From NCBI GenBank assembly GCA_002633005.1, contig NMRA01000165.1, positions 529,958 through 593,957 on the forward strand: a DNA stretch of 64,000 bases, written 5' to 3'. A program made the translations under genes and the position numbers. Source of the DNA: Phoronis australis. Lineage: Eukaryota; Animalia; Phoronida. The notes below the pieces were generated by a model. It did no database searches. It saw nothing but the letters and a program-made list of their open reading frames with translations, and was not told the DNA's origin. Shown piece after piece: positions 12,087 through 27,629 of this stretch (the first letter of the stretch is position 1; each line of letters starts with the position of its first letter).

Positions 12087-15000
12087 GTAAGTATTGCTCC
12101 TAGTCAAAATATTTTAAATATCGCGTTGACAACATTATCAAGCTTACTTTGTAACTTTAATGAGGGAGGTGGAGAAGTCACATTATTTATTGTTCTCACA
12201 TTTTAATTTCCCGTTTAGTAGACCCTCGTGTGCTGAGAGGGGAAAGATTATCAGCAAACGGTTATTTTGTGTTATCGAATGGTGATAGTATATTTTTTCG
12301 TGAGTTCATACGACTGGAATCGAATCGTTACTGAGAACACTGGAAACTAAGGCTTGTTTGTAAATGCGTCCTTTCCCTAAATGTAATTTTCTGCAATAAT
12401 TTGAGAGGAAACTGGATTTTAAAGAATTTTGCTCACATGATAAAAGTACATGGAAGTTTATCTCGAGTCTTTCGAGCATAACCGTCATTGTGTTCGCTAA
12501 CATGGAATCATGGCTTCGCATACCTTTCGTTTATTCATTTAAACTTTAATGATCAGTTCTTCACACATTTTATTGACAATGTCTCTTTGACTGCCACCGC
12601 ACGCGTCTCGACGACTCCGCTCTATAGCCCTAATCTTGTAAGTGAAAGAAAAGACTCGGTGTATTGGTTTCTAACCTATTGTTGGTGTATATTCTAAGTG
12701 TTAATTGTGTCCCCTCAGTAGAAAATTGTAAATTACTTCCAGTACAAACACGTGAATTGTATCAGATGTAATCTTATAACTTTATTACACCTAATAAGAA
12801 ATCAAAACCAGCCGACAGTATTGAGGCATCCGCCTGTCATTGAAGCTGGGTTGATATTAAGCGAACTTATTTGGGCCTCAATAGTTATAATGCGCAGCAC
12901 CTGGCACAAAACTTGTGTATTGGACCTTTGATTCTGTGTACTTATTTATGTATGCGTGGGAATTTGCCTGTAATGTGTATAATTCTGTGTTAAGCCATAG
13001 TTTGCGACTCGCTGATGCAAAACATGCAAGTGAAGTAAAATTACGGAGTAATATTTTTTACATGTGTTTCAAAGTGATATCTTGCCTCCTTCGGAGTTTT
13101 ATTTTATGTAGCGTCACGCATCCTTGTTTATTAAGACAATATTATTAAATCTTCTTGATTTTTTGTCGGCACACGTTTCATGATCGTACTTTATGTGAAG
13201 GTCAATCTTCAAGTCAAATTTTCTGTTATAATATACTAGTGCACATCGTGCACGTCCAAAAATTAACGACATATATTCATAGCTCACATAGGAGTTTTCA
13301 TAAAACTGAGCATGAACGTTTTCAATCAAAAGCACACGTTACTTTGAAATAGACATATCCGTCTTGTTGCGGCAACAAAAGCCAGTTACAACGACACTAA
13401 TGTCACCAGTAAACAAAGATGATGTTTTTGGATAAATACGTTCTACTGTTAAGGGTTAGCTAGCTACAAAGACAGTCTGGATAGTAATGTGTACAGAAAT
13501 AACAACGAGTAACCCCTGTATGCGTGTAACAGGGAGAATGCACCTCGTATGAAGGATGAGTGGGGCCTTGTCGCAGGCAAAACACATAAACAATTGAGAA
13601 GAGGAATGCCGACGAAAGCTTGTATTGGTCGCCTTGCCTCAACTGCGAGATTGAATAGTAATTAGCAGATGCCTTTGAATAAATGAATACTGTTTTTTCA
13701 ATGTTGAAGTAAATTGTCAACACGCTTCGCAAACAGCTTTAAAACCAAAATGCTTTATATGTTTGAACGATCTACAGAAACACTCCTAAGAAACCCGATT
13801 CCACTGGCTTACGTTACAGTCTGTAAACGGAGAATTAATTACAATTTCCCCTTGTTTGCCGTGTACCGTGTTCAATAAGACCTGTTCCTTTTTTTCTGAT
13901 CAACAACCGCCGTTTGTACCAAGGTAGCGCGAGCGCCGTGTATGGGTACACGACACACACATACTGGCCTGTTTCCAGGGCATTTAACTAAAGTGTCTCA
14001 ATGAAACAACACAATAGTTTGCTAAGAAAAAGATGATACTTCACGATAAGACGGGTCAGGTTTAAAATCATACGAATGACAGACAGTCGCACAAAAGACC
14101 TAAGAAATTCGATCACGAGATCGGTCAAAGTTTTGTCATTTCTTCGTGCTTCCGTGACCCTGAACACATTGAAATGTTTTTTGGCAAAATAGCAGTTAAG
14201 CTCGAAGCTTTAATTTTCTTCGAGTGAGCAACATGTTCCACACATTCATTTGCCCTTTTGTGTACATATTAACAAATTTCTTGACAGTTCAGTTCTTAAA
14301 GCGCGTGGGCAATGACTTTCTATTCTACTAAAGTCTTAACACGATTATTGTGAAGTAGGCTGTTTTATCATAGCAAACTGGTCTCAAAACTTTCATTAGC
14401 TGGCCAGATACAGTTTCAGGACTTTCATCTATGATGAAGCAGTCGAGATATCCTCAATCGGCTTGATGCGTTTTTCCACTGTTTTATATTGCCGGTGCCC
14501 GAAATGGCCTGTTCGCAGATGGAAATTATTCCCTTTCAAGTCGCGAAGAGGTTTCAAGTCTTTCAGACGTAGTTAAGGTGGTCCAGCAAACTGGTAATGA
14601 TGGTTTATAATTTGCACTTTTGCTGGTGAGCAAGACGGAATTCCCTTTAAAATTTATCAAGGACTGTGCGTGTGTGTGACTAATGATATGAGTCAAGTTG
14701 GTCATTACGTAACACGTGATACGAATATTGCGGCGCAGGCTATCATTATCGTTACTCAACAAACAGAAATTGCAAACATTTTATGTAGGACAGTCAAAGA
14801 AATGTGCTATTTTTCAACTCGTTCTTGGCAGGTCTCATTATGTTGACACCAGTGTGGTATCGCTTGTCTCGACAAAATATTTACACTATCTTTGCCACCG
14901 CGTATACATAATGCAGACTCGTTGGACGTTAACAGTTCGCAACATCGTAAAAATAAATTAATTAGGAAACTTGCCTAAGAAATATTCTTTATTTATAAAT

Positions 15001-16171
15001 TCCCTTCTTACGTCACAACCTGTTCAAGAGCGAGCTTGGCAAAGTCGTTTTATCACAGTTGCTAACTACAAAGTAGCAGAAACTGTCAAGAAATTAAAAC
15101 TCAGCTGACTGTAGTGATGCGAGGAATAAATTTACTGTGTATTTGGCCATTTGTAAGCTCTTGGAACAGCCTACATTTTTTGTAAACTTTGTTGACTGGT
15201 GATTTCTTATTGTTGCTCCAGATCTCATCATAACGCGCACTAAACTCGACCGTAGTGCTTGACACCACAGAAATATCCTATTCACAGAAAATGCCATTTT
15301 CTATTAAAAAAACATTTTTTTCTCTATTACAACTAGAAACAAATCAACTGGTCAAAGAATAGAACAAGTAATAAAGAGCAGCCCAATGAATTTTAAAGAT
15401 ACTTTTTACAAATAATTTGAAACAAACACTCTGTTTTTTGCTCTTGGTAGTTCTGCTGATCTCTCCTGGTGTAAATCAAGACCAGTACTCGGCTTGCACG
15501 TTGTGGCAGGTTTATTGACCCGCGATAGCCTGTTGTCTTCGGGACCATCTATCATCGGGTGCTGACTGGGAATAACCATACAAGCAGTTTCGCAGTTGAT
15601 AAACATGACAAGGTCCTGTTAACTTCAAGGGGCTCTTGAAAACATGATTTGTACAGTGTCAATACGTTTCCCAATAAAGCGCTTATTACACGATTTTGGG
15701 TTAAGTGATTACCTTACTTCAGTCACACGATACGAATTTTGAAAATAAATTAACCATCCAACATTAAAAACCAGTGTTGAGACCGTACTGGTGGTGCCTC
15801 GTCTGCGTGTCCCCGCCCAGCTTTCTATTTTGCTGTTTTGTGTTGAAATTGCAACGAGTTGCTATCGGCGTGAGAACTAGTTGTTAGTTAGCTCACTGTT
15901 GTCTCATATGGGGTCCCCGGGTGAGTATTTTTCGAAACAGTTCGATCCCCTTTATTCAGAGGAGGAAACTCGTTCTCAAATTCGGGAACCCCTGTAAGTG
16001 ATGACTATTACCGAAAGGCCATTTCAGAATGCTATTATTTTTTAATATATTCATTGCCTTATTGAACATCTCTTTAATTTTCAAAGATATCTAGAAATGG
16101 AATACATTTTCGCGAAGGTGTACCTTTGTTGGATATTCTGCATAGTTGCAAGTTGTCATATTTTGTTGCAG

Positions 16172-16398
16172 AGCGCTTTCTTCTGTTGGAACTATAGACA
16201 ATAAGGACAGTTGTAATGTTCTCAAAGGACTCGTGAATAGGCAGAAGAAAGTGTGCCAACGTAATGTTGAGATTATGAACAGTGTGCGAGAGGGGGCTAA
16301 ACTGGCGATCGACGAGTGTCAGTGGCAGTTTAAGTCAAGGAGATGGAACTGCAGTACTGTGGATTCGGTGTCAGTATTTGGAAATGTCCTTAATCAAG
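16172..16398 (+). CDS. Wnt4: Wnt4 coding exon 2
   Basis: [62 protein letters not shown] resembles Wnt4 [23 protein letters not shown]. Splice sites ttgcag| and G|gtgagt. Confidence 0.95.
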
Positions 16399-19300
16399 GT
16401 GAGTAACATCTCTGATGGAAAAATATGGCCACCTATTTAGTCACCAAAGACGTTGTAACGGCTTTGCGTGAAGTGAGATTTTTGCCAAAATGAAATCGCG
16501 CGTTTTTAGAATTAGATTGGACCATTAAGAAACCATAGTTTTATTTTAGTTGTTACTTAAGGTTATTTAAATTAAGCGAATGAGAAAATGCTTATTTATG
16601 CTAATTGCCCTATCAATGAAAAAGACGAATTCGTTAAAATATTGACAACTTATCATTTAACCTTATCGTCTGCACGTAAACTAATAGCAATAAATGATAA
16701 ATGTTTTTATAACCGTTTTTAACAGTAAATAAGACTATCGATACAACTTGGCTACACCGAGCACTGCGGGAGATTTAGGAGGCTCAACCCCGGGAATCCG
16801 TTCTTGAACGAAAGCGTTGTCTGTGAAATTAGAAGGTTTCAACCAACAGTGCGACCACCTAATTTCTCAATCCTACCATACAAAAGACCGGCTCTCTGAA
16901 AACTCCGTTCTCGGCGAGCTCAGGTATTTTTGCTGTAATTGGGCGCAAGTTGGCTGTCAAACGCCATCAACGTCATGACGTCGACAGCTGAGAACTGACG
17001 TGACCAGGACAGAGAAGAAGGACGCGGAATAGTCGCGGTATAATTGACGGCATTTGTATATTTTTATCAAAGGGAATGATAACATGTTGTTCTAGTTAGT
17101 TTATTTTTCCAGACCTATCCAGTTATGATACGAAGTCCATACTCGGCTCCATAGCCTGTGGTCGCGCATAGCCCCGTGTGAGGTTAATTCTTGGCAAAAT
17201 TCTATTACGACAAAAATAACACATCAGTCGGGTCACGTGTTTCATGTTTTCTTGCAAGAATTCCAACCATTCGCCGTGTGTCAAACATTTCAAATAAATA
17301 ATTTAGCAAAAAGTGGTAAAATAACCCGCCAACTATCCTTGTGCGGCTTGCGTGTGCGGTGAGATTTGTCGGCAGTTCAGCCGGGTAATATATACTTTAG
17401 ATCGGATGTGTACACAACACAAGACGATGCAATCTTTTTCGATGTGTTGAAGGACAAGCTGTCACTCGCTGGACAAAATGAAACAGTTCTCATATACTAC
17501 ATTCTGATTATTTTTAGATGATGTCTTTTATTTGCGTTGATGTTGAAATTCAACATTGCAATTAGATTCTAGCGTAATATAATTACCACTGTAAGATTCA
17601 GTTTAATTGAGTTGTCAGAAAACACAACATTTCTTTCCGTGACACTGATTTGTTTATTTTCACACAAATCAAATTTTCTGATCTTATCGTGAAACTGATT
17701 GAAAAATTATGTTTTGTTGAAACCTTGGGACTTCTACCAATCAACGCTTCGTCTATCCAATGCCCTCGGCCATCCCCAAAGACACAGACAAACGAATCAC
17801 CAGCGGTTGTCCTTTCAGTACTGATTGGAAACAAAGGAACAGTCTCGATTTTTATTGTTTTGGGGTGTTTTAAATACGATTGCCTAAAGCTGCTTTCCCC
17901 CTGTTAACTGGATAAAGCGATCACCGAATTTCGCCTTTTAGATTTATGAAATCACTCTCATAATATCCCTTACCGCAAGAACATGGAAACCATCAGCGAT
18001 TCAACAAAACACTTCAGAGTTTTTTGGGGTTGGCCAACCCTAAATTGCGAATTCGAAAATGGCGCATTCTTACATAGCCTGTAACTTGAGGTGATAACCG
18101 AAATAGAATCTCATCATGGTAAGAATTATTATGAGACCTACTTTATGAGAGTAAAAAGTCTAATTCAATTTTCGTTTTTAGTCAGTTATACGAGGTTATA
18201 CAGGAAATGCAGATTTAAGGTGAAATTTGTTTTCTGAAACTGCCGTCTTCTAGTTTGGGTTTAGTTGAGATTATGATTTCGAGTGTACGCGATCGTGGTG
18301 CTGTTTCTCGGGAAAGCAACCTTTCCACAGACTGCAGCGTTAGGAATACGTTGCCCTTTAACACTCGCGTCAGATGCAGTCAAAAAGTCATCTAGGCGCT
18401 ATCAATCACTCGTCCATACAACACACATGGACTGCCGGACGGTGAATGGACGTTTTGTGTTTCTTGTTATCTGGAAGGCAATTTTGGTTGTCAGCTCTTT
18501 CAATAGGTGTCTATCTCAATGTGGCAGCACCTATTGAACGCGAGCGTAATATAAATACCGAATCAAGATAAACCGAACTGCTTCAACGCGCATGCTGCTT
18601 CTTAGATAAATAATTTATTGTTTTCAAGAAATGACATGTTTATTGACGAATATTTGACATAGAGTATGTAAGCAAAATGCAGGTTGACAATTGTGTCCAT
18701 AACAGAAATAGCGTTGGGGTTAGAGTTTGTTATCGAAGAGGATAAACCAAAAATGTTCCGTTAGTCTATGGCGCGTAGAAGTTATGCACGAAATTATTGA
18801 GCGACGGAGCAGTTGCAGTTCATGACGTTGATTTGTGTGGATTTAAGTTCAGAGCATACAAACACTGGCCAGATCTTGTCACCTGTCCATCAAAATGTGG
18901 CCAACTTCTCGTGAGGTGGGCCGTGTCCAGCCATTCATCAACCCATTATGCAAGCCTTTACTGCCTCAAGTTGTTTTTGTTAACGGTTCTTGTGGCAGGT
19001 GGATTACATAAATATGTTTGCTGTGAGTCTTCGCCTCTTTGCAATGTATTTCGCGAGTTACTGGCCATTGTCAATCACAATTTAATGTTCTGCTCATGTC
19101 ATAATGAATGACGGTAAGTCGAGAGTAAAAGTAGATTGAGATCATCAATGAACAGGACTTGAGATGTTATCTCACGACGCAATAACGACACCTTTGAGAT
19201 CTTAGATTGTTTAATTGAATTTCAAAACAGCCAATCACACTTCAGCACGATTTAGCAAATGCCTGTCTCATTTTTTGGAAAATGGCATATTTTGTTAACA

Positions 19301-21345
19301 ATTCCCTTCAGTGACTGATACACGTTTTCATGCGACACGCAGTTTTACATGATTACAATCATGAAAAAACCTTGGACTATGGTGGGCAAAATCGGTGTTT
19401 TATGAGCCAGCTGAACTCAAATCGGCGACGAGCAACTAAATCAACGTCTGACAAATCTCAACATTAATTATTAGCCTACTTTTTGTGAGACAAAATCGAC
19501 GTACAGTGAATCAACTGAACTCAAAGGCGTCGAAGAGAAATTGAGTGCGTGTTCAGATATGGAATTAATATGAGAAGGCTTGATAGGACTTTAGGGGTAT
19601 GTTTCTAGAAGAGTGCATACCAAAAAGTCGATTTTTTGCCTTTTGGGTTTTAGCCTGCTCGCAAGAAGGCTATGAATTTCTGTCTGTTGGTTTCGAGTTG
19701 CAGACAGATTTTCTGACGTTTTGCCTTGGCATGATTTTGTGAAACAGGGAAAACGGTATAGTGATTTTGAGCCTTGAAGGTTAAAAGACAATATACACTC
19801 ATCACGAAACATTCCCAGCCCCAGAACGTAGACTAGACGCTGTAAACGGGAGCTCATAAAGACATCCTATCAGCCTTCTTACAAGGAATTAGCACAACAT
19901 TAATATGCAAATTGTTGGTATTGTGGCCAATCACGTTCAATATCACCATGGGCAAACAGATCCTAACCAGAAATTACCTCATTGGAATGTGAGCAAATCT
20001 GCCTTCTGATTTTGGGGGGCGGACGATAAGACGGTAGATTAGACGTCTGACGAACGTTCGCATGTGAATTTTTGTATGACGGATCACGAGTCCTATTTGC
20101 CTTCTAAACGGACGACATGTGAATGCTATATAAACGAAAGTCAGCCAAATCATAACATGGCTTATTACTTTAATCGCACTTCATCGGGTGATTTATTGTT
20201 TTGTCTTCTTTCAAACTGCTGTGGAGGCTTATGATTGTGATAGCATAATAAACAAATTGTGCGTACACTAAAATTTAACTTAATTGAAATATTTCATAAA
20301 TTCGTGTTTTTTAACTGTTTTCATTTATCCGCAATGGAACACTTTTAAGTGGACGAAAGTGAACGCAATTGCACAGTTTATGTTTTTTTGGCCATATGAA
20401 GTGAACTGGCGTCCTTCTCTTTAGAGGTTCTGGCCTCGATTTTCCAGGCGTCACTACTATGTAAGTAACGACAGTCAAAACATGCTACCATCCTCGTGTT
20501 TGCGGAATGGCTGACATCGCCGCGAGAACTGGGTAACAATATCAAAGGCCTCAATGAAATCTAGAAATCATAATTAAATAAACCAACAGTACTCAAACAT
20601 TGCGTCTCGCTCCACATTGTCAACTGATATCGTGTGTTTAAGTGGATACTTTCGAAGGAAAATAATTGAAGACCGTTTTAATTTCCGTTTCCTATCGAAA
20701 TCCACAGGTTATTAAGTAATAAAAGTTGATGTACTTCAGAATCGTCTTCTGTTAGTAAACTGATGAAACCGAATAGCTCGAATCTCGTTGAAAAATATTT
20801 ACAGTAGGTGTTGCGTGCTGTTCTGAAATGTACCGTAAACTCTGGGCGGCATGTCATTACAACTCGCGTCAGTTACGTTGTTACATGTATGTAGCAAACA
20901 TTGCACCCCAAAGCACTGTCTCTTCGGCCGCTGGATGTATGTAACCCGCCTTCTAACACTGAGATATATCAATGAATACCTGTGATTTTTCCACTTACCG
21001 TTACAAACTTATAAAACTGGTCTCAGCTTGTTCCTCATTCGTCATTTCTTGGCTTGGAAAGAAAAAAAGTTGGTTCGTTGTAACCAGGCTTTTTAAGTTG
21101 GCTTGAACGGGCAGGACGTTTGATGAGTCGAGCATTGCCGTAAGCAGGTACGAAATTTCAGAAATTGCCTCCAACTAAAGTAAAGAACAATTTGAGATCA
21201 ATTTTATGAAGGCAAGTGGTTATTTTTGACTAAAGTAGAGTTAGAAGGCTTAATTTCACCTGGTGTGTTCAAATAATATATATTGGCGAAATTGCATTTC
21301 ACAGAAATTTGATAAATTTTGAGTAACTCTAAAGTGACGTTTCAG

Positions 21346-21614
21346 GTACGCGGGAGGCAGCCTTTGTGCATGCCATGTCCTCAGCTGGAGTAGCGCACGC
21401 TGTCACGCGCGCGTGCAGTAGCGGCAAGATCTCAAGTTGTGGCTGTGATATGAAGGTTAGAGGGAAAAGTCCCGAAGGTTTCGAGTGGTCGGGTTGTTCA
21501 GACAATATTGTGTACGGGTCAGCGTTTGCCAAATTATTCGTAGACGCTAGAGACAGGAATCGACGGTCAGACAGAGCTCTCATGAATCTTCACAACAACG
21601 AGGCAGGGCGAAAG
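21346..21614 (+). CDS. Wnt4: Wnt4 coding exon 3
   Basis: [26 protein letters not shown]...CGCD...WSGCSDNI...[14 protein letters not shown]. Splice sites tttcag| and AAG|gtaatt. Confidence 0.96.
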
Positions 21615-21780
21615 GTAATTCTTTATTGAGTATTTCAACTTCGCAGTAAAAATAAATGAAATGTTTATTTCCCTATATTCAAATCTTACAACAAAACTGC
21701 TTGATTATTAACAATTCGGCGAACCCTACTTCCGGGAGTACCCCCTCATAAAAGCCATATACGCGGCGTGCCATACATAA

Positions 21781-21925
21781 CATGGGCGGCGCACCATAGG
21801 GGGATGGGGGGTATAACCCCCCCCCCCACTTTTTCAGTGCTGTGCTGCCCACAGTCTATGGGTGGTGCACTACAGGGGGCTGGGGGGCTATAGCCTGCCA
21901 CTTTTTTAGTGCTGCGCAGCCCATG
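21781..21925. mobile_element. MITE with CATGGGCGGCGCA TIRs and 5-bp TSD (CATAA)
   Basis: cataa-CATGGGCGGCGCA...TGCGCAGCCCATG-cataa. Confidence 0.8.
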
Positions 21926-24900
21926 CATAAGGAAAGACTTTTACGACCAGTTTACCTGCGAAGGGGTCGCATGTCTGGTTTTTATAGTAAGGAATTAAAA
22001 TGCCTTTCGAAAGGACTCAGTTAGGAAGTTTGATAGTCTACAAAAGATTCCTATTTTTCCAGCTAGATACAAATCTACGTAATTGTCTCAGCTATGGTTT
22101 GAAGCTTGGTAATTATTATGACATATTTTGTAATGGTGTTAAGTTGATGAAATCAATCGCTACGGAAGGGTTGCTTCAGGAACATACATGCACGAAAGGA
22201 TAACTTTTTCATCTATGCTCCCTGTAAATGGTTAACCTTTGTCGAGCTAATTCTTTAAACGTGATTTAAAAAGTGTTCAGCTTAAAAATAGTCGAGTACC
22301 CCCCGTGGTTAAATTTCTGCGCTCTCTTAATTAAAATAATTCGTATTTGTATAGTAAGCCTCACAAATTCCGTGTCTTCAACCGTTTCGCATTAGGCTAC
22401 TCTTTGTTCCGTAATGTTAGTGCCAAACATATTTTTATAATGAACTCCCTAATTTTATGTTTTCACCTATGTCACGTTGCACCTTGTTCCTTCATCTGAA
22501 TTTCGGCCAAACGTCAACGAATTCAGTTGGTATCACCAAAGATTAAATTTGATCCATGGTAACAGCTCCTGGACAATGCGCTAGAAGCGTGTTTTGACCG
22601 ACACCATGTACACCTAAAGGACGCCGTCCCACTCAGTGGAATGTTCAACTTGTGAGATCGACATGATGATGGTATCGGGTGTCAGTTTTCAATTAAATGA
22701 ATAAGTGTAGCATAATAAAAAGCCTCCGAGTTATTTATCGCTACAAACGGATTGATAGGTTCAGGGGCGGAAGTTTGGAAATCTTGAATCAACCCGATTG
22801 AAGTTATGTTGACAATAGTGAAAAGTGTTTGTCGGAATTATGGCTAGCTATGGTACTAGAATTCCTTGCTGTGTGTCAAAACAGAAACCCTTTTGCCGGT
22901 GTTCGGGACAGAATGATGTATCCTCGTATTCAAATATCTCATCCAAAGCCTATTTCATTTTCAAAAACTTTTTTTCTAAAGATTCACGGCGATGTTCCTA
23001 GTAGAGCCTTATTAACTGATAACCATCTGTTACATGAACAGGTTATTGTGTTGTTTGTACTGCGGCTTCTTTGAGGGTCTAATTACCCATAGAGATGGTG
23101 TAACATTCCGCGGAAGAAATGAACCGCAGTTGTCCTGATAACTTGATAAAGAAATCCCTTGTTCACCTCTCGGGCCGCGGCCACTCACAGTATGTCGGGA
23201 CAAATGTCAGATTATACTCGGAACAGAACGTCTCGTCGCGTTTAAATAGTGTGAATAAGTGTCACTATTCATGTGGTCTTTACCGAACAGTTTTTAACAA
23301 CGAAATAACCCTTTATTCGTCATCTTGACACACACGCATACCTTTATTCCAAGTAAGGTCATGCGTTGGCTCTTAAAGCTCCTATAATCCCGCTTTCTGT
23401 TAAAAAGTGACTTTTCATGGATATTGCTTACCTTGAGGACAAACTTGTTTGGGAAAATACTGCGTCCAATATGTCCATAGGAGTGGAAAATGCGTCCTTC
23501 AAGCAAAATTTGGAGACCGGCATGATGCAGCAGAGAATGAAATCTTGTTTTTTCTGGTTAATGACTGCAGGTGTCGCGCGTGCTAGCCTATTGTGAAATT
23601 TGCGCCGTGTGCCATTGTCGCTCAAATTTGAACACTGGGAGTTACTGTTACATAATCGCTCCCAACTTGTTCTTTACTCAGATAAAAAGTTATTTTTAGG
23701 CTTCGTTATTGCTTGTCAGCCGGTTCAATATTGAATAAGTTGTGTTGACCCGGTTGGTCGTTTTATGCTCCGAGCATACCCCTCCCCCCATGGAACAACG
23801 GACTTCAGTTTATACCAAGCCCAGAAATTACATCTTCTTAAGAACAAATTTTTATGTGTCTAAGTGCTGTGAATCAAATGTAAACCTTTTGGCGGAAAAA
23901 CCGAGGGTTTTCACTTGCCGAAATCATGGACTTCTTCTGTTATGTAAGTCCTTGAATTCCAGAGGGTCACAGGGCATTGCAGTTAATCGTACACTCGTGG
24001 CCTTTTGTAACGGTATAATTATTTCCGGCGTTTCTTGGAAGATCGTCATTGTATTCGTGGTCCAACTCCCAGTAAATCGAATGGTCCGTAAAACAACCAT
24101 TTCCATTGAAAACGCCAAAATGGACCGTTGCCTGATTAGTTTAACAGAAAGACCTTGGCTAACTAGTTGCAAAAGAACGCCACACACATTTAGGTTTCAT
24201 TTGACATGCGGATGTTTTCCAATTGTCGATTTCTACAGATGCAATACCACGAAGAACGCATTCAATGTTAGTGCTATCGACTTCACCTGTTGCCAATTTA
24301 TTTTGCTTAAAGTTGGATCACTTAGGACTAATAGCACGCACAGAACGTTTTGTTGTAAGGTGCTCTGTTGCTGTTTTTGTGTGTACTACATAAACAAATA
24401 GTTCGTACCGATGAAAAACAAAGGATTGATTGACTATTTTTGGCGAAATGTTTTTCCGTTGTTTTCGATTGAATTATGTAAAATCTTCTGAAAGTGGTAC
24501 TTAATTATGTATTTGACTAACGGAGTTAAAAAATTATAAAAATTATATCACTTAAACCAGGATTCTAACTTAGGATATTCAATTTTACCTAGTAACGTGT
24601 TAACTGAGTTATGAACCGACGTTGAAAGCATCTCAACCTCCGAGTTGTGAACACCAATTTGAGATGGTTTCCAGTCTTTCTTTCTTCATAGATTTTCAGT
24701 GTGACGAGTAATGCAACACGACGACACTTGGAACTAAATAATTAGTCGAAAACGTTATAATATCAATTGTCCCGTATTTTCTCCATTATTGTCATTCACG
24801 ATTGTTTAAGTTCTGCATTTTGCGGAATACTTTTTTCTTTGACTGGACCGCATAAAAGATATCTTTCGCAAGCCAATTAGACCATACATGACGATATACC

Positions 24901-27483
24901 CACTGTGGTTTCCTGAAAACAAACAGAATTGCATCTGTGGCGGAATAAACCAAAAATTTCGAACTAACTGAATTAAAATCGCATTATTTAGACATGATTA
25001 CCTATTCTGTTACCGATATGCTCGCGTATGGATGTGGTTTTAATTATGCCATTTCTTAGTTGTGGTCAACCGCCCATCCCTTTTTGGAATAAAGCTCCAT
25101 CTTCAGGGAAAGGAAGTGTTTGTATTTTATGTATTTGAATTGAGTAGTGTGATGGACAAGGTTACAAGTTAATTCGCGGTGAGAAACGGACTTTACGCTT
25201 TAGAGGTTTGACTTTGAGGTTTGCAAGTAAAAACTCAAAACCCTGAATCTTTTAGGGAGTTCAATATTTCTTCAAACTAAGCATCTTCAGGTAACGCCGT
25301 GATCTAAAAAATAACGAATTCTTTGTCGTAACCAAGCCCTAAAATCAGTATTTTCTAAATTGAATAAGGGAGATCGGTTTCATAATGGTGAGTGGTCTAA
25401 ACCAAGACTTGTTTTTTTTACAGGAAGCACGTGGTTGACGTCGCTTTAAAAAGTGGTAAAATAGCTAACTAAACTTATCAAATGTGTAGAAAGGACGTTG
25501 TAATTCACAAAATGTCGTGATTAGGGAGATACGTGCAGCTGGCACTCCGATGTAGGCATAAATTTCGACAGATTTTCTCCAGGGTGTAATATTTATTATT
25601 GTGTTGGAAACACGACAACGAATCGTTTATGAAATAAGTGCACTATGGCAACATTTACAATAATTTTGTGATACTTATGCCACCACAACAAAGAAAATTA
25701 CGTCAAAAGTTTTTGAAACCACAACTTTTGCGTCCTTTTTTGCAAGGTCATGTGTCATTGTTAACAACTTCGGATGTACCTCAAATTTAGCTATATCTGC
25801 TCATGCTTGTCACGCCTGACCTCATCAACACTTTTAAAATCCTACATCGACGTAAATGCGGCAGCGTTCTGTCTTTCCTGTCGGATGTTATCAAATTTAT
25901 TGTGTGTAATTGGTGGGTTTCAGTTCTTTCCTAAAACCTTCTCTAAACCTTCTGAACCGCACACTGTTGTGGTGAAGCGTTGCTACAATTAATTATGACT
26001 TGAATGATAAGAAACTGTTATTCAGAGAGATACCGATGGTTTATTACCGTTCTTGGAATCTCGTTAATGAACCTTCAAATATATTAAACCTTCTCAAACA
26101 TTAGTGCGCCGGTTGATAACTTCAAATTTCGTAGGTGTAGCAATTATGCAATTTCCGAATTCTGGCAAATGATTGCGTATGAATGGCTTTAGTCAGGTGT
26201 TTCAATGAATAGCAAACATAGTTTGGAGGGTACCATTACTAGTTAAACTTGTCTTTTCACGTGACAATGACAAACCTCATGGTAGTCGAAACCGTTTTAG
26301 TTCTTCTTTCTCCTATTAGAACTTTGAAAGTAATTTGACGTGAGAACCCGAGATTTACCATTTGCCGAAATGTTGAATGCAATTACCTGAATTGTTTTTA
26401 GCGCATCTTTCAATCAGCGAAGTAAAAAATGCGGCCTTTCACAAATAAGTCCGTCGGACTCGCTGAATCATAGATACTGGATAAACAGTATAATATATGG
26501 TTGAATTATATTGTGCAACAATGAAATGTTTATTTTACATGACGCATCCAATCTAAACCTGCAATACACATAGCTGTAAACCACACTCAAAATTCGATTA
26601 CCGGCAGTTTGAACATTCGTTGCGTTCCCTCGAGAATATAAAATGTGTTTTCACAAGTTTTTCTTCATTGACTCTCAGACAGAAACAACTCATCAACAGT
26701 TGTGAAAACCACTTTAATGTGTTTATTTTACCTGGGTTTTTGGTCTGTTCACCGTCTCCAGAGACGACTTGTGTGCGTTTTTGTCTGTAAGTTGTTAGTT
26801 CAAGCTGGAAGGATGGGGCATAATTCTTAGTTTAAGTGTCAGCCAAATTTATCATTTTAGGTTCCAATACTAGGGTTCAATAATTCAAACCCGGAGTGAG
26901 CGATAAACTCGCTTGGACTTGTGCAAACAATTTTAAAAGAATAACCCGTTTCCCAAAGTCCATGCACTCAATCATTTACAAATTAACATTTTCAAGTTTA
27001 AACAACTTTTCAAGAATATGGTTGTCGATAACATGAACAATACGCTGTGAAATAGCTGCATTACGAACTTGTGAGATAATTACACGACACTAAAAACCAA
27101 ATTGTTTCCTGATAAAGTCGACATTACTCTACGGCTTAACGCGAATCCTATCATGATGGTATCGATGTCCAGTTGGAAGTGAATTACCACAATTACTCAA
27201 TTATAACTATCCTAATAGACAGTAAGCTATCATGAGTTTCATGGGGGTCTTTGATCGCAAACAGCCGACATTCCACCTCTTCAATTCGTTAGGTCTGCTG
27301 TGGGCGGGGTGGGATGACGTAATCACTAATTAAAGATTGGTTCGGGACCAGCTGTTCTGAATCGGTTACAATTTTGCACTGAGTATGACATCGCCTCTTT
27401 ATGGAAACGAAATTCACGCGAAGCGTTAACAATTCATGGCCATGGCTACACTCGATCATTTCGATTGACAATTATTGTATTAC

Positions 27484-27629
27484 CAGTGGCGGATTTTGAG
27501 GGGGGCCAAGGGGGGCATGGCCCCCCTAAAATTCCATTTGGCAGTTCGGAAGTGCGAATGTCTGACGGGCAAAATCCTGGCTAATACGATACCATGCCAC
27601 CTCAACTCAAAATCCTGGATCCGCCCCTG
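27484..27629. mobile_element. MITE with CAG(T/G)GGCGGAT TIRs and 5-bp TSD (ATTAC)
   Basis: attac-CAGTGGCGGAT...ATCCGCCCCTG-attac. Confidence 0.8.

Noticed and set aside
23742-24401. 219-aa ORF in Wnt4 intron 3
   Set aside because: Non-ATG start, no recognisable motif and a composition typical of translated intron, so it is treated as chance.
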